DNA from: Eubacteriales bacterium
GTDB lineage: Bacteria; Bacillota; Clostridia; Oscillospirales; CAG-272
Direction of reading: 5' to 3'
DNA length: 64,000 bases
Assembly: GCA_045594745.1 (NCBI GenBank)
Contig: JAZNZC010000153.1
Span: 4,941-68,940, forward strand
Part shown: positions 63,770 to 64,000 of the stretch, in pieces
Numbering within the stretch: position 1 is the stretch's first letter
How the letters are laid out: the number at the start of each line of letters is the position of its first letter
Made by a program: the position numbers and the translations under genes
The notes under the pieces: generated by a model
Told to the model about the DNA's origin: nothing
Database searches by the model: none
The model's input: the letters and a program-made list of their open reading frames with translations, nothing else

Positions 63770-64000
63770 ATGTTGAATATTTCCATTACAAAATGTGATG
63801 CTCCCAAGGCAAAGCCGGATGCTTCTACCCTGGGCTTTGGTAAAATTTTTACCGACCATATGTTCATTGTTGACTATTCTCACGAAAAGGGTTGGTACAA
63901 TGCGCGCATCGTTCCGTTTGCAAACATTTCTCTCCATCCCGCATCCACCGTTCTGCATTACGGCTCTGAGATTTTCGAGGGTCTGAAGGCTTATCGCCGC
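63770..64000 (+). CDS. ilvE: Branched-chain amino acid aminotransferase (N-terminal part; continues beyond the window)
   Basis: Not in the ORF track because it has no stop in the window. Manual translation gives MLNISITKCDAPKAKPDASTLGFGKIFTDHMFIVDY...HYGSEIFEGLKAYR, a class IV BCAT signature. Confidence 0.85.
   Translation, partial: MLNISITKCDAPKAKPDASTLGFGKIFTDHMFIVDYSHEKGWYNARIVPFANISLHPASTVLHYGSEIFEGLKAYRR

Noticed and set aside
1-64000. Scanned for CRISPR arrays, rRNA and long tandem repeats
   Set aside because: No regularly spaced 25-40-bp repeats and no rRNA-like segments were found. The only sizeable repeat is the roughly 2.6-kb tandem duplication of the T-box/ligase unit, reported above.

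Overview
The gene content and order (T-box leaders, cwlD-like amidase, nusB-xseAB-ispA-tlyA-nadK-argR-recN) suggest a Firmicutes/Clostridia-type chromosome; this taxonomic call is an inference. Most of the window is housekeeping: ispDF, rpe, rpiB, tsaBE, rpmB, mtaB, upp, lnt, ychF, proBAC, pnuC, radA, argS, yebC.

Two regions stand out.

1. A roughly 15.8-kb integrase-bearing island (18890-34748) sits in the first codons of ychF and is bounded by a perfect 18-bp direct repeat. The native ychF promoter, SD and first five codons are stranded at the far end. The island carries a Gabija pair (gajA/gajB) and a type III-like Mod/Res pair. It also carries several uncharacterised genes:
- an STAND-like ATPase with a DUF234-type PD-(D/E)xK tail plus a 103-aa partner, in line with Mod/Res
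- a solitary 4-TM protein with its own promoter
- a 388-aa protein paired with a RusA-like 234-aa protein

2. A tandemly duplicated unit (55.2-60.5 kb) consists of a T-box leader followed by an HTH-cupin-acyl-CoA-synthetase fusion gene. By my reading the two specifiers are AUC (Ile) and GUA (Val). The units lead into a P-loop ATPase, a four-subunit 2-oxoacid:ferredoxin oxidoreductase and ilvE. I interpret this as a starvation-induced route that converts branched-chain fatty acids into branched-chain amino acids.

I found no rRNA, tRNA or CRISPR array. All functional calls rest on motif and family recognition by eye. No database search was run.
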